A stretch of 64,000 nt of DNA from Thermoplasmata archaeon (GTDB lineage: Archaea; Thermoplasmatota; Thermoplasmata; Lutacidiplasmatales; UBA184). Below the pieces are notes generated by a model. The model did no database searches and was not told the origin of the DNA. It saw only the letters and a program-made list of their open reading frames with translations. Position numbers and translations under genes: made by a program. Position 1 is the first letter of the stretch. Each line of letters starts with the position of its first letter. The stretch lies in NCBI GenBank assembly GCA_022749995.1, contig JAKIWO010000002.1, positions 42,033 to 106,032 of the forward strand. The letters run 5' to 3'. Shown here one piece after another: positions 8,941-18,939 of this stretch.

Positions 8941-11871
8941 ATGGACGCGGTCTCCTTTCTCCTGCTCATCGTTCTCGCCGTGGTGCTGTTCTCGGCGGTG
9001 CTCGTGTGGCGGCACCGGATGGTCTTCCGGATCTCCGTCCGCAACCTGCGCCGGGGCCGGACCCGGACGCTGCTCGTCATCCTGGGCCTGCTCATCGGCA
9101 CCGCGATCATCTCCGGGAGCCTCGTCATCGGGGACACGATCGACCAGGTGAGCGTCCACTTCGCCTACGAATCGTTCGGGTACGTCGACGAGGCGCTCTA
9201 CAACCAGAGCGCGGTCGGGACGGGATATTCGCCGTTCTCCTACGCCGTATATCCCGCGTTGGTGAACGCCACCAGCTCCAATTCGCAGATCGCCGGGATT
9301 ACTCCGGAAGTGGTCGCCTCCGTGGGGATGTACGACCGGAGCACGCAGATCCCGCAGACCAACCTCAACTTGGTCGGCGCCAACGCCAACCAGAGCGGGG
9401 CGCTCGGCAGCTTCGTTGCCGACAACGGCAGCCACCTTGCGGGGCCGTCGGCCGGCGGGGTCTACCTCGACGACCTCTCGGCCTCCGACGTCGCCGGCCG
9501 CGTGGGCGACTCGGTCGTCGTCTCCGGCGCGAGCCGCCTCACCTTGACGGTCCAAGCGATCGTCAAGGACAGCGACCGGGGCGGATTCCTCGGCGGCGAG
9601 AGCGTGTTCGTCAGCCTGGCCACTGCCCAGACGATCCAGAACGACAGCGGGCGGCTCAACTTCCTGGCCGTCACGAACGCCGGATCCGTGACGGGGGGCC
9701 TCGCCCTCACCAACTCGGTCAGCACCTACCTCAACGCCACGCTCCCCACGCTCGGGCCGATCGCGCACGGGGTCACGGTCCATCCACTGCTGCAGGAGAG
9801 CGTGAACGCCGCGGCGGCGGGAGGAAGTTCCTTCGAGACCCTCCTGCTCGTCCTCGGCCTCTTCTCCATCGTCGCCGGCGTGATGCTGATCGTCGGGATC
9901 TTCGTCACCCTTGCCGAGGAACGCAAGGGCGAGATGGGGATGCTCCGCGCGATCGGTCTCAAGCGCCGCGAGCTGGTCTACTCCTACTATTTCGAAGGGT
10001 TGTTCTACGCCGCTGGAAGCGCCTTCGCCGGTGCGCTCCTGGGGGTCGGCATCGGCTACGGCCTGATCTACGCCTTCTCGACCATCCTCTCCTCCAACGC
10101 CCAGCAGCAGGCCGCGATCCTCGACTCCTTCACGATCTCCCCGACCAGCCTGTCGATCGCCTTCGCGATCGGCTTCCTGCTCACCCTCGCCACCATCGTT
10201 GGAGCCAGCTTCCGCGCCGGGCGGCTCAACATCGTACGGGCGATCCGGAGCGTGCCCGAGCCGCCGCCCTCGATACGGGTCTATTCGTACCTGGCCTACC
10301 TGGGCGCGGTCTTCGTCCTCCTCGGCGCGCTGCTGTTGGTCGGAACCTACCGGGGCAACTCCGACATCTCGCTGCCCACCATTGGAGGCATTCTGGTCAT
10401 CGCCGGCGGGATGTTCATCGCCACTCGGTTCGTGCGCAATCGGATCGCCTTCACCGCCGGCTCGCTCTCCCTCCTGGTGTGGGTCGGGTTCGAGCCGCTG
10501 CGGCGGGTCGTCCTGGGCACCCAGCACACGGGGACGATCTTCGTGATCTTCGTCGAGGGGATCTCGCTCGTACTCGCCGCGGTGATGCTGTACATCTTCA
10601 ACGCCTCGACGGTGGTCGCGGGCGTTTCGCGTCTATTGCGCAGCCGCCCGGGCGCGGTCTCGATCGCCCGCATCGGGCTCTCGTATCCGAGCCGACGACC
10701 GTTCCGCACGGCGATCAACCTCACCATCTTCGCGCTCGTGCTCTTCACCATCGTCTCGGTCGCCTCCTTCGGCAGCTCGGTCGAGGCGAACCTGAACCAG
10801 ACGATCGAGGCCGAGAGCGGAGGCTACACCCTGTTCGGCTTCTCCGACCAACCGATCGCCAACCTGCCCGGGGCGATCGCCGCGAACCATTCGCTGTCGG
10901 GATTCTACTCGAACGTGGTCCCGCTCGACAGCGCGGGCGTGGGGGTCGCCTGGTCCGGTCTTTCGGGTACCTGGTCGGACAGCATCTACGCCGCTCCGGC
11001 CAACGTCTCGGGTCCGACCGACTTCTACACCTCGAACGAGTTCAACTTCTCCTCGACGCTCCACGGTGCCTCGACCGGCGCGGTCTGGCAGCAGCTGCGG
11101 ACCGACCCCACCGCGGCGGTGGTGGACGGGGATTACGGCAGCTCGAGCGGGGGCTTCGGGCCGTCGCACCCGCTGCTGAGCACGGGGACGGTGCTCACCC
11201 TCACCAACGGCAGCGGCATCACCCGCAACGTCACCGTCATCGGGATCCTAGCGGAGACCTTCGTCACCGGCATCTGGGTAGACCCGAGCACCGGCAACTC
11301 CCTGGGGGCCAACCAGCCGGACGTCTTCTTCCTGCGCGTCGCTCCGGGACAGGACCCGGTCCGGGCGAGCCAGCTCACCAAGAGCGCCTTCTTCGCCGAG
11401 GGACTCGTGCTGCTGAGCTTCGCCGACATCCTGCGCACCTCCATCCAGGCGACGGTGGCGATCATCAACCTGCTCCAGGTGTTCGTTGGGCTCGGACTCG
11501 CCGTCGGGATCGCGGCCATCGGCCTCGTCGCCTTCCGCGCCGTCGTCGAACGCCGGTCGGAGATCGGGATGCTGCGCGCGATCGGATTCCGCCAGCGAGG
11601 GATCTTCGCGGTCTTCCTGCTCGAGTACTCGTATGTCGCGCTGCTGGGGATCCTGATCGGCACGGCGCTGGCGATCCTGCTCATCTACAACGCGACCATC
11701 GCCTCGACGAGCGGCAGCACCGGCGGGCTCTCGCTCGCCTTTGCCCCGCCGTGGCTGGATATCGGGATCGTGCTGCTGTCGGCCTACGTGCTGATGGCCG
11801 CCGCGGTGCTCACCCCGTCGCTCAAGGCGGCGCGGTTGGCGCCGGCGGAGGCGCTGCGGTACTCCGAGTGA
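8941..11871 (+). CDS. FtsX/MacB-type ABC permease with two permease repeats
   Basis: ERKGEMGMLRAIG and ERRSEIGMLRAIG repeats, large extracellular loops, C-terminal PAEALRY. Confidence 0.92.
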   Translation: MDAVSFLLLIVLAVVLFSAVLVWRHRMVFRISVRNLRRGRTRTLLVILGLLIGTAIISGSLVIGDTIDQVSVHFAYESFGYVDEALYNQSAVGTGYSPFSYAVYPALVNATSSNSQIAGITPEVVASVGMYDRSTQIPQTNLNLVGANANQSGALGSFVADNGSHLAGPSAGGVYLDDLSASDVAGRVGDSVVVSGASRLTLTVQAIVKDSDRGGFLGGESVFVSLATAQTIQNDSGRLNFLAVTNAGSVTGGLALTNSVSTYLNATLPTLGPIAHGVTVHPLLQESVNAAAAGGSSFETLLLVLGLFSIVAGVMLIVGIFVTLAEERKGEMGMLRAIGLKRRELVYSYYFEGLFYAAGSAFAGALLGVGIGYGLIYAFSTILSSNAQQQAAILDSFTISPTSLSIAFAIGFLLTLATIVGASFRAGRLNIVRAIRSVPEPPPSIRVYSYLAYLGAVFVLLGALLLVGTYRGNSDISLPTIGGILVIAGGMFIATRFVRNRIAFTAGSLSLLVWVGFEPLRRVVLGTQHTGTIFVIFVEGISLVLAAVMLYIFNASTVVAGVSRLLRSRPGAVSIARIGLSYPSRRPFRTAINLTIFALVLFTIVSVASFGSSVEANLNQTIEAESGGYTLFGFSDQPIANLPGAIAANHSLSGFYSNVVPLDSAGVGVAWSGLSGTWSDSIYAAPANVSGPTDFYTSNEFNFSSTLHGASTGAVWQQLRTDPTAAVVDGDYGSSSGGFGPSHPLLSTGTVLTLTNGSGITRNVTVIGILAETFVTGIWVDPSTGNSLGANQPDVFFLRVAPGQDPVRASQLTKSAFFAEGLVLLSFADILRTSIQATVAIINLLQVFVGLGLAVGIAAIGLVAFRAVVERRSEIGMLRAIGFRQRGIFAVFLLEYSYVALLGILIGTALAILLIYNATIASTSGSTGGLSLAFAPPWLDIGIVLLSAYVLMAAAVLTPSLKAARLAPAEALRYSE

Positions 11872-12487
11872 ACCGGCGCCGCCGCCAGCGTACCGCGGCC
11901 CAGAGCACGATCCCGGCGAGCGCCACGACCACGACGATGTCCAGGTAGTTGAAGTAGGACTGCAGGACCGTGAAGTGCTCGCCGAGCACGGTGCCCAGGT
12001 AGATCAGTACGGCGCAGAACGGCACCGAGCCGAGGACCGTGTAGACGGCAAAGGTGGGACGGTCCATCTTCGCGGCGCCCGCCGGGTAACTGATGTACGC
12101 GCGCACGACCGGTAGCAGTCGCGCGAAGCCGACCGTCGCTCGGCCGTGTCGGTCGAAGAACAACTCGGTGCGGGCGAGCACGGAGTCGTCGAGCCCTACG
12201 CGGGAGCCCCAGCGCCGCACCAGCGCCGGACCGCCCCAGCGGCCGACCTCGTAGGCCGCCACCGCGCCCACGAGGCCGCCGGCCACGGCCGCCAGGAGCA
12301 CGGTCGGCCAGGTGAACCCGGTGGCGCCGCGGACGATGAGGACGCCCGCGAACGGCAGGATCACCTCGCTCGGCAGCGGGGGGAGGCCGAAGCTTTCGAC
12401 CGCCATCAGCGCGAACAACCCGGCGAGCCCGACCGTGGTGAGCACGGTCAGGATCGTGGTGAATACGAATCCCGTGAGCGAGAACAT
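11822..12487 (-). CDS. DedA family membrane protein
   Basis: ES..PLPSEVILPFAG, FARLLPVVRAYISYPAG. Confidence 0.93.
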   Translation of the reverse strand: MFSLTGFVFTTILTVLTTVGLAGLFALMAVESFGLPPLPSEVILPFAGVLIVRGATGFTWPTVLLAAVAGGLVGAVAAYEVGRWGGPALVRRWGSRVGLDDSVLARTELFFDRHGRATVGFARLLPVVRAYISYPAGAAKMDRPTFAVYTVLGSVPFCAVLIYLGTVLGEHFTVLQSYFNYLDIVVVVALAGIVLWAAVRWRRRRFTRSTAAPPPAPTAPP

Positions 12488-12536
12488 GGCAGCTACGGCA
12501 GGTCCACCCTGGTGGTGATTCGAGCAGGCGGGGAGC

Positions 12537-12779
12537 TTACTGGGCGGCGGAGGACGCGAGGATAAGCCGGAACGGCTCCTTGAGGTCGGTGCGGGTCCGG
12601 GCGGGGATTCCCTCGAACTCGAGCGGAGTTTGGCAGCCGCCGCAGCTCACCACGGGTCGCAACTGGCCCAGCACGATGGAGAGCCGGATCCCGACCTCGA
12701 TCTCTCGCACGGGCGCGGGGGAGTGGTGCACCGCTTCGCGGAGCTGCTCGATCAACCGGTCCGTGTCGCCCATGGGCAC
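12537..12779 (-). CDS. Small hypothetical protein with one CxxC
   Basis: 80-aa ORF filling the gap between dedA and the next gene; SCGGCQ motif. Confidence 0.55.
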   Translation of the reverse strand: MPMGDTDRLIEQLREAVHHSPAPVREIEVGIRLSIVLGQLRPVVSCGGCQTPLEFEGIPARTRTDLKEPFRLILASSAAQ

Positions 12780-12818
12780 CTGCCATCTAGCGCGGATGGG
12801 GGGATAACGACGAGCTTC

Positions 12819-13448
12819 CTAGCCCGTGTCTTCGGGCGGGTTGTCGGTCGGGGAGGGCGGGGGGCCCTTCCCCTTCGGCTCCTTTTTCAGTATCTCGCCG
12901 CTGATGCGGTCGAGCTCGTCCATGAGGGAGTCGATGTTCGGCTCCTCCCCTCCCACTCCCGCCGCCGGGGGCGGCGTCGGGACGGCCGCCGAAGGCATCA
13001 CCGTGGGCGGTGCCGCCACATCGTCCTCGGTCTCGAGGTACGCCGGCGCTGCCGCGGGCACGGCGGCGGCCCCGGCCGGCCCCATGGCGTCGTACGGGGC
13101 CTCGGGCCCCCCGTCCTCGGGTCCCATCGTGGCGGCCACTCCCGCGTCCGGCGGCACGGCCGTGCTGGGAGGGCTGCTGCCCCGGCGGCGGTGGCGGAAG
13201 ACGAGCACCGCCATCAGTAGGATAATGAGGAAGAGCAGGCCGCCGACCGCCCCCCAGGCCCAGACCGGGACACCGTTCGAGGGACTCGAGCAGTTCCCGT
13301 ACTGGCAGGAGCTGTCGGCGCGCACGGCCCCCGTCGCTGGCGCCAGGGCGAGGGTTAGCAGTACGGCGAGCATGCCGGCGGCCAACAGGCCCGGTAGCAC
13401 GCGCCGGAGCCGGTGGGAAACTGGAACGAACGCCATGGGGGCCCCCAA
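12819..13448 (-). CDS. Hypothetical membrane protein with Pro/Ala-rich cytoplasmic tail
   Basis: Signal-like N-terminal helix, CQYGNC loop, TM helix, RHRRR stop-transfer, low-complexity tail, terminal amphipathic helix IDSLMDELDRISGEILKK. Confidence 0.7.
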   Translation of the reverse strand: MGAPMAFVPVSHRLRRVLPGLLAAGMLAVLLTLALAPATGAVRADSSCQYGNCSSPSNGVPVWAWGAVGGLLFLIILLMAVLVFRHRRRGSSPPSTAVPPDAGVAATMGPEDGGPEAPYDAMGPAGAAAVPAAAPAYLETEDDVAAPPTVMPSAAVPTPPPAAGVGGEEPNIDSLMDELDRISGEILKKEPKGKGPPPSPTDNPPEDTG

Positions 13449-13631
13449 AGTCGCAGTAACATCACCGCCCGCGGTATGTAAACCTGCCGTGAACCAGAGG
13501 TCGCCACCACGCCGACCTGGCGCTCCCTCCCACCGATCCGGCCCGGTGGAGTCGGACGCCCCCGTAGCGGGCGGGTCCGGTCCCTCTCGAGGAGGCTCCG
13601 GGCCCCCCCCGTTCCGCTCCGTGGGAGACGG

Positions 13632-15176
13632 CTATCGACCCAAGTGCCGGTAGAGCCAACGCACTGCGGGAATCCGACGGCCGAGCAGCCGCTCGATCTC
13701 TCCGAGCAAGATCCGATCCCCCTGGTCGATCGAGCCGCTGAACAGGACGGCCAGCAGGAACACGCCGGCGACCACGAGCACCAGCCCCGGAAGGATCCAC
13801 AGCGGGAGGGCCCGCGGCAGGAAGGAGAAGAGTACCCCTAGCGGGACGGCCGTGAGGAGGAGCGGCACCAGGTAGTGGCGCTGGAACGGATGGACACCGT
13901 GGGTCAGCCCCAGCTCCACCGCGCTCAGGACGGGCGTCATGGCGATCGCCCCGGCCCAAGCGATGGCGGCCCCCACCTGGCCGTACCGGGGAATGAGGGC
14001 CAAGGCGAGCACGACGTTGAACAACGCCGCGGCCATCGTGTTCAGCAGGAGCGGCTTGGTCTCGCCGTAGGAGACCTGCGCGGAGGTGGCGGGACCGACG
14101 AGCGTGGCGGCGAGCGCTCCCACGCAGAGCACCTGCAGCGGCAGCGGAACTCCGCCGTAACCGGAGCCGTAGACGAAATGCAGCGAGAGCCCCGGGACGA
14201 AGAAGAAGACCAGGAACGGCGGGAGCGAGGCGAGCACCATCCACTTGGTCGCCGTGCCGTAGGTGAGGCGCGCACCGTCCCGTTCGCCCGAGCGCGCGAA
14301 CCGCACCATCACCGGGAGCAGGATGTAACCGAGCGAGCCGACCCCCACGAGCAGTAATCGCGCCAGCGAGATCGAGGCGCCGTACGCACCGACGGCCAGG
14401 GGGTGGTAGACTCCGAGCAGCAGCGTGTCGCCCGTGTTCGCCACGTACGAGAGGAGGGAGACGGCGAAGAGCGGCAGCGCGAAGGCCCGTAGACGCGCTC
14501 CCATGCCGTGCGCCGCGGGCCCGGCGGGCAGGGCCCGCGGCAGCCGACGCACGAAGTAACCGATGAGGCCGAGGAGCGCCGCGACGTTGGCGAGGACGTA
14601 CGCGAGGACCGCCGTACCGAAGCTGAGCGCACCCCGGTCGGCGCCCAGGAGGAGCAGGAAGAGGATGAACAGGCTCGGGTTGAGGACCTGGATGAAGAAC
14701 GCGTTCGCCCGGACATCCTCGAATCCCTGGAACACCGCGGCGATCTCCGAGGAAAGGATCGAGACGGCGACCGCGATCGCGAACAGCTCGAGCGCGAAGC
14801 CGAGCAACGAGCCGCCGAACAGCCCTCCGAAGTAGCCGGAGGTGACCACGAGGAAGACGGAGACGCCGATGGACGCCGGGATCACGAGGGCGAAGCCGGC
14901 GCGGATGATCCCCCGACGCTCGGCGTCGTTGGAGACGAAGGGGATGTTGCGCGCGACGGCCTGCGGGACGCCCAGGTTGCCGAACGCCGCGAGGAGGCCC
15001 GTGAAGGAGATGGCGTAGTAGAACTCGCTCCATTCGAGCGAGCTCAGCTCACGGACGACCAGGACCCGGGCGACGAAGTTGAGCACGACCCAGACGAGCG
15101 TGGCGACGAGCAGCAGCAGCGTGCCGCGCGTGACCGAGCCGAGGGCCTGTCGAGTCTCCGAGCTTCCCTCCCCCAC
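13632..15176 (-). CDS. Polysaccharide flippase (Wzx/RfbX, MOP superfamily)
   Basis: 514 aa, about 14 TM helices; LGVPQAVARNIP, DTLLLG, VGAY, LIPRYGQVGAAIA. Confidence 0.9.
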   Translation of the reverse strand: MGEGSSETRQALGSVTRGTLLLLVATLVWVVLNFVARVLVVRELSSLEWSEFYYAISFTGLLAAFGNLGVPQAVARNIPFVSNDAERRGIIRAGFALVIPASIGVSVFLVVTSGYFGGLFGGSLLGFALELFAIAVAVSILSSEIAAVFQGFEDVRANAFFIQVLNPSLFILFLLLLGADRGALSFGTAVLAYVLANVAALLGLIGYFVRRLPRALPAGPAAHGMGARLRAFALPLFAVSLLSYVANTGDTLLLGVYHPLAVGAYGASISLARLLLVGVGSLGYILLPVMVRFARSGERDGARLTYGTATKWMVLASLPPFLVFFFVPGLSLHFVYGSGYGGVPLPLQVLCVGALAATLVGPATSAQVSYGETKPLLLNTMAAALFNVVLALALIPRYGQVGAAIAWAGAIAMTPVLSAVELGLTHGVHPFQRHYLVPLLLTAVPLGVLFSFLPRALPLWILPGLVLVVAGVFLLAVLFSGSIDQGDRILLGEIERLLGRRIPAVRWLYRHLGR

Positions 15177-15335
15177 GGCGATCGAGACCCGTGGGGACTC
15201 TACGTTCCTATAGATGTAGGCGGGGTTCGAAGCGGCCGTAGCGCCGACCCGAATCGTCCGTCCGCTGCTCCCCGAGGGAGCCGCCTACCCGTTCCGGACG
15301 CTCGGCGCGGGCCTCCCTCCCCCACGTAGCGCACG

Positions 15336-16235
15336 CTATCGGAACTCTTCCAGCAGGCGTTCCTTGCCGAGGAGGCCCGTGCTCTGGTGGGCTAGCGGAC
15401 CCGCCGCGAGCACCTCCTCGAGCTCCTCGTAGGTCGGACGCTCGGCCCGGTAGAACAGCCCGATCGGGATCTTCTCCCCCCATTCCAGGGAGCGCGCGTA
15501 GGCCTGCCCGATGTCCTTCGGGTCGTGTCCGGCGCTCTCGAGCTTGTAGATCCGTTGTCGGAACCAGTCGAACGTGTTCAGCTTGTTGTAGGTGACGCAC
15601 GGGCTCAGCGCATCGATGAAGGCGAAGCCCCGGTGCTGCAGGCCGTTGGCCACCAACTCGGCCATGTGCTTGACGTCCCCCGAGAAACCCCGGGCGACGT
15701 ACGTCGCCCCGGCCGCCAGGGCGAGCGCGATCGGGTCGATCGGGTTCTCGATGACCCCTTCGGGGGTGGACTTGGTCTTGTGGCCCATCATCGAGGTGGG
15801 GGAGGCCTGGCCGGTGGTGAGCCCGTAGATCTGGTTGTCCATCACGATGTACGTCAGCTTCACGTTGCGCCGCATCGCGTGGACGAAATGACCGGCGCCG
15901 ATCCCGAAACCGTCGCCGTCCCCGCCCGTGACCACGACGTGCAGGTCGTGGTTGGCCCAGCGGATCCCCTCGGCGACCGGCAAGCTCCGTCCGTGGATCC
16001 CGTGGAATCCGTACGCGTTCAGGAACTGCGGCAGGTTCGAGGAGCAGCCGATACCGCTGACGATCACGACCTGCTCGGGGGGGAGCTGCAGCTTCTTGAG
16101 CGCCATCTCGAGCGAGGCGATCACCCCGTAGTCGCCGCAGCCCGGGCACCAGGTCGGCTTCGTGTCGGACTTGCCGACCACCATCTTGAGCGGCGTGACG
16201 GTGGGCGCGATGGCGGCCAGAGTGCTATCGGCCAT
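15336..16235 (-). CDS. korB: 2-oxoacid:ferredoxin oxidoreductase beta subunit
   Basis: TWCPGCG, SGIGCSS, GGDGD...DNQIYGLTTGQ TPP-binding motif, SPCVTY. Confidence 0.95.
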   Translation of the reverse strand: MADSTLAAIAPTVTPLKMVVGKSDTKPTWCPGCGDYGVIASLEMALKKLQLPPEQVVIVSGIGCSSNLPQFLNAYGFHGIHGRSLPVAEGIRWANHDLHVVVTGGDGDGFGIGAGHFVHAMRRNVKLTYIVMDNQIYGLTTGQASPTSMMGHKTKSTPEGVIENPIDPIALALAAGATYVARGFSGDVKHMAELVANGLQHRGFAFIDALSPCVTYNKLNTFDWFRQRIYKLESAGHDPKDIGQAYARSLEWGEKIPIGLFYRAERPTYEELEEVLAAGPLAHQSTGLLGKERLLEEFR

Positions 16236-17985
16236 CGAGCAACTCCAACGCGCGGCCTACGATTTCCATCGGGTAGAACGGCTCACCGTCGTACTTGAGC
16301 AACCGGTCGGTGAGGTGCAACCCCGTCTCGGTCCGCAGGAGCCGCCCGAACTGTCCGGAGAAGTTCGCCTCGATGAGGAGCGTCCGCCGCGCGGCGCCGA
16401 GCAGGGCCATCGTGCGCTCGTGGTGGACCGGGTACACCGTGGGGAAGTGGACCAGGTTGACCTTGCGTCCCTTGGCGGCCAGGATCTTCATCGCGTCGCG
16501 GACCGGTCCGATCGTCGAGCCCCACGTGACGATGGTGAGGTCCGCCTGGGCCGGCCCTTCCTGGACCGGGGGTTCCGCCTCGCGGGCGAGCCCTTCGAGC
16601 TTGTGCATGCGCTTGTCCATCATCCGCTTGCGTTCGGCCACCCAGTGCGGGATCCCTGACTTGACATCGGAGATCAGGTGCCCCTTCTCGTCGTGCTCGT
16701 CGGAGGCGGCCGTCCATTGCAGGCCGCGCTGGCCCGGTAGCGATCGAGGGGAGACCCCGCTCTCGGTGTACCGGTACCGCAGGTACTCCCCCGAGTGGCC
16801 GTTGCCGTTGCCCGGCTCGAGCCGGAGGGAGGGGATGGGGACCTTGAAGTCGATCTCGGCTAGCTCGACGGTCGCCGAGCTCTCCGAAAGGTACAGGTCG
16901 CTCGCCAGCAGCACCGGAGTCTGCCAGTTCTCGGCCAAGGCGAACGCCTGGACGGCGGCTCGGTAGGCCTCGGCCGGACTCGAAGGGGCGAGGATCGCCC
17001 TGGGGAATTCGCCCTGGCCGGCACCCAGCATGAGGGCGAGGTCTCCCTGCTCGGTCTTCGTGGGCAATCCGGTCGACGGCCCCGACCGCTGGGATTCGAC
17101 CACGACGAGCGGGATCTCGCACATGCCGGCCATCCCGAGCGCTTCGACCATCAAGGAAAACCCGCCCCCGCTCGTGGCGGTCATGGCGCGCACGCCGCCG
17201 TAGGAGGCGCCGATCGCCATGTGGATCGCGGCGAGCTCGTCCTCCGCCTGCTTGACCACGACGCCGGTCTCCATCGAGTGGGCCGCCAGCCAGTGCATGA
17301 TCGTCGAGGCCGGGGTCATCGGGTACTGGGCCAGGAACTTGAGGCCGGCCGCGGCGGCGCCGAGGGCGATGGCCTGGTTGCCCGTCATGAGCATCTTGGG
17401 CGGCCCGGCCAAGGCCACGGCGTGGGGATGCGGTGGGCGCTTCGATTGGGCGTGGGCGTACCCGTCCGCCGCGCAAGCCAGGTTCCAGTCGACGACCTCC
17501 CCCTTCTTCTTGCCGAACGAGTCGGAGATCGCCTCGTGCAGGAGCGGGAGCGGGATGCCGGCCAAGTAGGCGCACGCGCCGACGCCGGCCGCGTTCTGGA
17601 GGATCGATTGGGGCGTATGCTTGCGGGCCAGCGCGAGCGTGGGGACCTCCAGTGCACTCACGCCGACCGGGATCTTGGACGGGTCGATCTGGAACTTCTC
17701 GGGGTCGTAGATCACGACGCCCCCGTCGCGGAGCGTCGGCAGGTGCACCTCGGCCGTCTGCAGGTCGAGTGCGTAGAGGACGTCGCAACCGTCCCCCTGG
17801 GAGTAGAATCGCTCGGCACCGGCCCTCGCCTGGAACCAGACGTGGCCCCCACGGATGACCGACTGGTAGCTGTTGAGGCCGAAGACGTGCAGGCCCATCC
17901 GGGAGAACGACTTGGCGATCGTGTCGCCGACGCTGGCGATGCCATCCCCCGCCTGCCCACCGGCCCGGACAGAGATTTCCTTCAT
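16225..17985 (-). CDS. korA: 2-oxoacid:ferredoxin oxidoreductase alpha subunit (gamma-alpha fusion)
   Basis: MKEISVRAGGQAGDG, YPMTPAS, QAEDELAA, TSGGGFSLM, RSGPSTGLPT. Confidence 0.95.
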   Translation of the reverse strand: MKEISVRAGGQAGDGIASVGDTIAKSFSRMGLHVFGLNSYQSVIRGGHVWFQARAGAERFYSQGDGCDVLYALDLQTAEVHLPTLRDGGVVIYDPEKFQIDPSKIPVGVSALEVPTLALARKHTPQSILQNAAGVGACAYLAGIPLPLLHEAISDSFGKKKGEVVDWNLACAADGYAHAQSKRPPHPHAVALAGPPKMLMTGNQAIALGAAAAGLKFLAQYPMTPASTIMHWLAAHSMETGVVVKQAEDELAAIHMAIGASYGGVRAMTATSGGGFSLMVEALGMAGMCEIPLVVVESQRSGPSTGLPTKTEQGDLALMLGAGQGEFPRAILAPSSPAEAYRAAVQAFALAENWQTPVLLASDLYLSESSATVELAEIDFKVPIPSLRLEPGNGNGHSGEYLRYRYTESGVSPRSLPGQRGLQWTAASDEHDEKGHLISDVKSGIPHWVAERKRMMDKRMHKLEGLAREAEPPVQEGPAQADLTIVTWGSTIGPVRDAMKILAAKGRKVNLVHFPTVYPVHHERTMALLGAARRTLLIEANFSGQFGRLLRTETGLHLTDRLLKYDGEPFYPMEIVGRALELLDGR

Positions 17986-18130
17986 GACGCGGTTTCCAAG
18001 GGAACTCCGTTTATGGCGTTTGTGTCCGAGGGGGTACGTCTCGAGGTAACCGTCCGTATTCCCGAGCGGTCTCGCCGGTCTCGGGCCGGCGCGAGCAAAA
18101 CCCATACCCCGAGCAGGGCTGGCGGCGGAG

Positions 18131-18388
18131 GTGCCGCGACCTCTCACCGTGCTGCTGTTCGCGGGGGCTCGAGAGGCCGTGGGCCGGGGTCAGGTCGACC
18201 TGCTCTTGGCCGGGGAATCCGAACCGGTGGAGGACGTGCTCGCGCGATTGCGCGCGACCTATCCACGGCTCTCCCCCCTCCTGGCGGTGAGCCGCCTCGT
18301 GCGTAACGGGGAGTACCTCCGAGGTAACCGTGGGCGCCTTCGCCCCGGGGACGAACTGGCGATCCATCCCCCCTACAGCGGAGGCTGA
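18131..18388 (+). CDS. moaD: MoaD/ThiS/SAMP ubiquitin-like sulfur carrier
   Basis: LFAGARE, GDELAIHPPYSGG with C-terminal GG; adjacent to moaE. Confidence 0.9.
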   Translation: MPRPLTVLLFAGAREAVGRGQVDLLLAGESEPVEDVLARLRATYPRLSPLLAVSRLVRNGEYLRGNRGRLRPGDELAIHPPYSGG

Positions 18389-18391
18389 GCC

Positions 18392-18871
18392 GTGAAGGCT
18401 CGGATCGTCGAGGAACCGCTCTCGATCGAGGAAGCCTACCGCGCCCTCGACGACCGACGCTCCGGGGGCGTGGCGCTCTTCGTCGGCCGAGTCCGACCGG
18501 ACCCCACGGACGCCGGTCCCACGCGTGCGCTCTGGTACGAGGCCCATCGGCGGCTGGCCGAAGTGGAGCTCGACCGACTGGCCGCGCGGGCCCGCCGGAG
18601 ATTCCGAACGCGACGACTTCTCGTGTGGCACCGAGTGGGACGCGTGTCGGTCGGGGAGGCTTCGGTGATCGTAGGAGCTGCCGCGGCGCACCGTGCGCCG
18701 GCGCTGGCGGCCGTCCGTTGGCTCATCACGGAGCTCAAGCGTTCCGCGCCGATCTGGAAGCAGGCGCCCCCGCGCGCCCGCCGAGCGGTCCCACGTCGCG
18801 TCACGGGCGAAGGGAGTTCGCCCCGGGCTCCTCACCCCCGGCGTGGGAGCGCGGCGCGCCGTCGACCGTGA
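18392..18871 (+). CDS. moaE: Molybdopterin synthase catalytic subunit
   Basis: GGVALFVGRVR, HRVGRV.VGEASV, AHR, LKRSAPIWK. Confidence 0.9.
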   Translation: MKARIVEEPLSIEEAYRALDDRRSGGVALFVGRVRPDPTDAGPTRALWYEAHRRLAEVELDRLAARARRRFRTRRLLVWHRVGRVSVGEASVIVGAAAAHRAPALAAVRWLITELKRSAPIWKQAPPRARRAVPRRVTGEGSSPRAPHPRRGSAARRRP

Positions 18872-18939
18872 AGCCTCGAGGCTCCGACGTTCCGTCCGGG
18901 CCGTCCCTCGTTATATAGCGTGGTCCGGTTTCCAACGGC

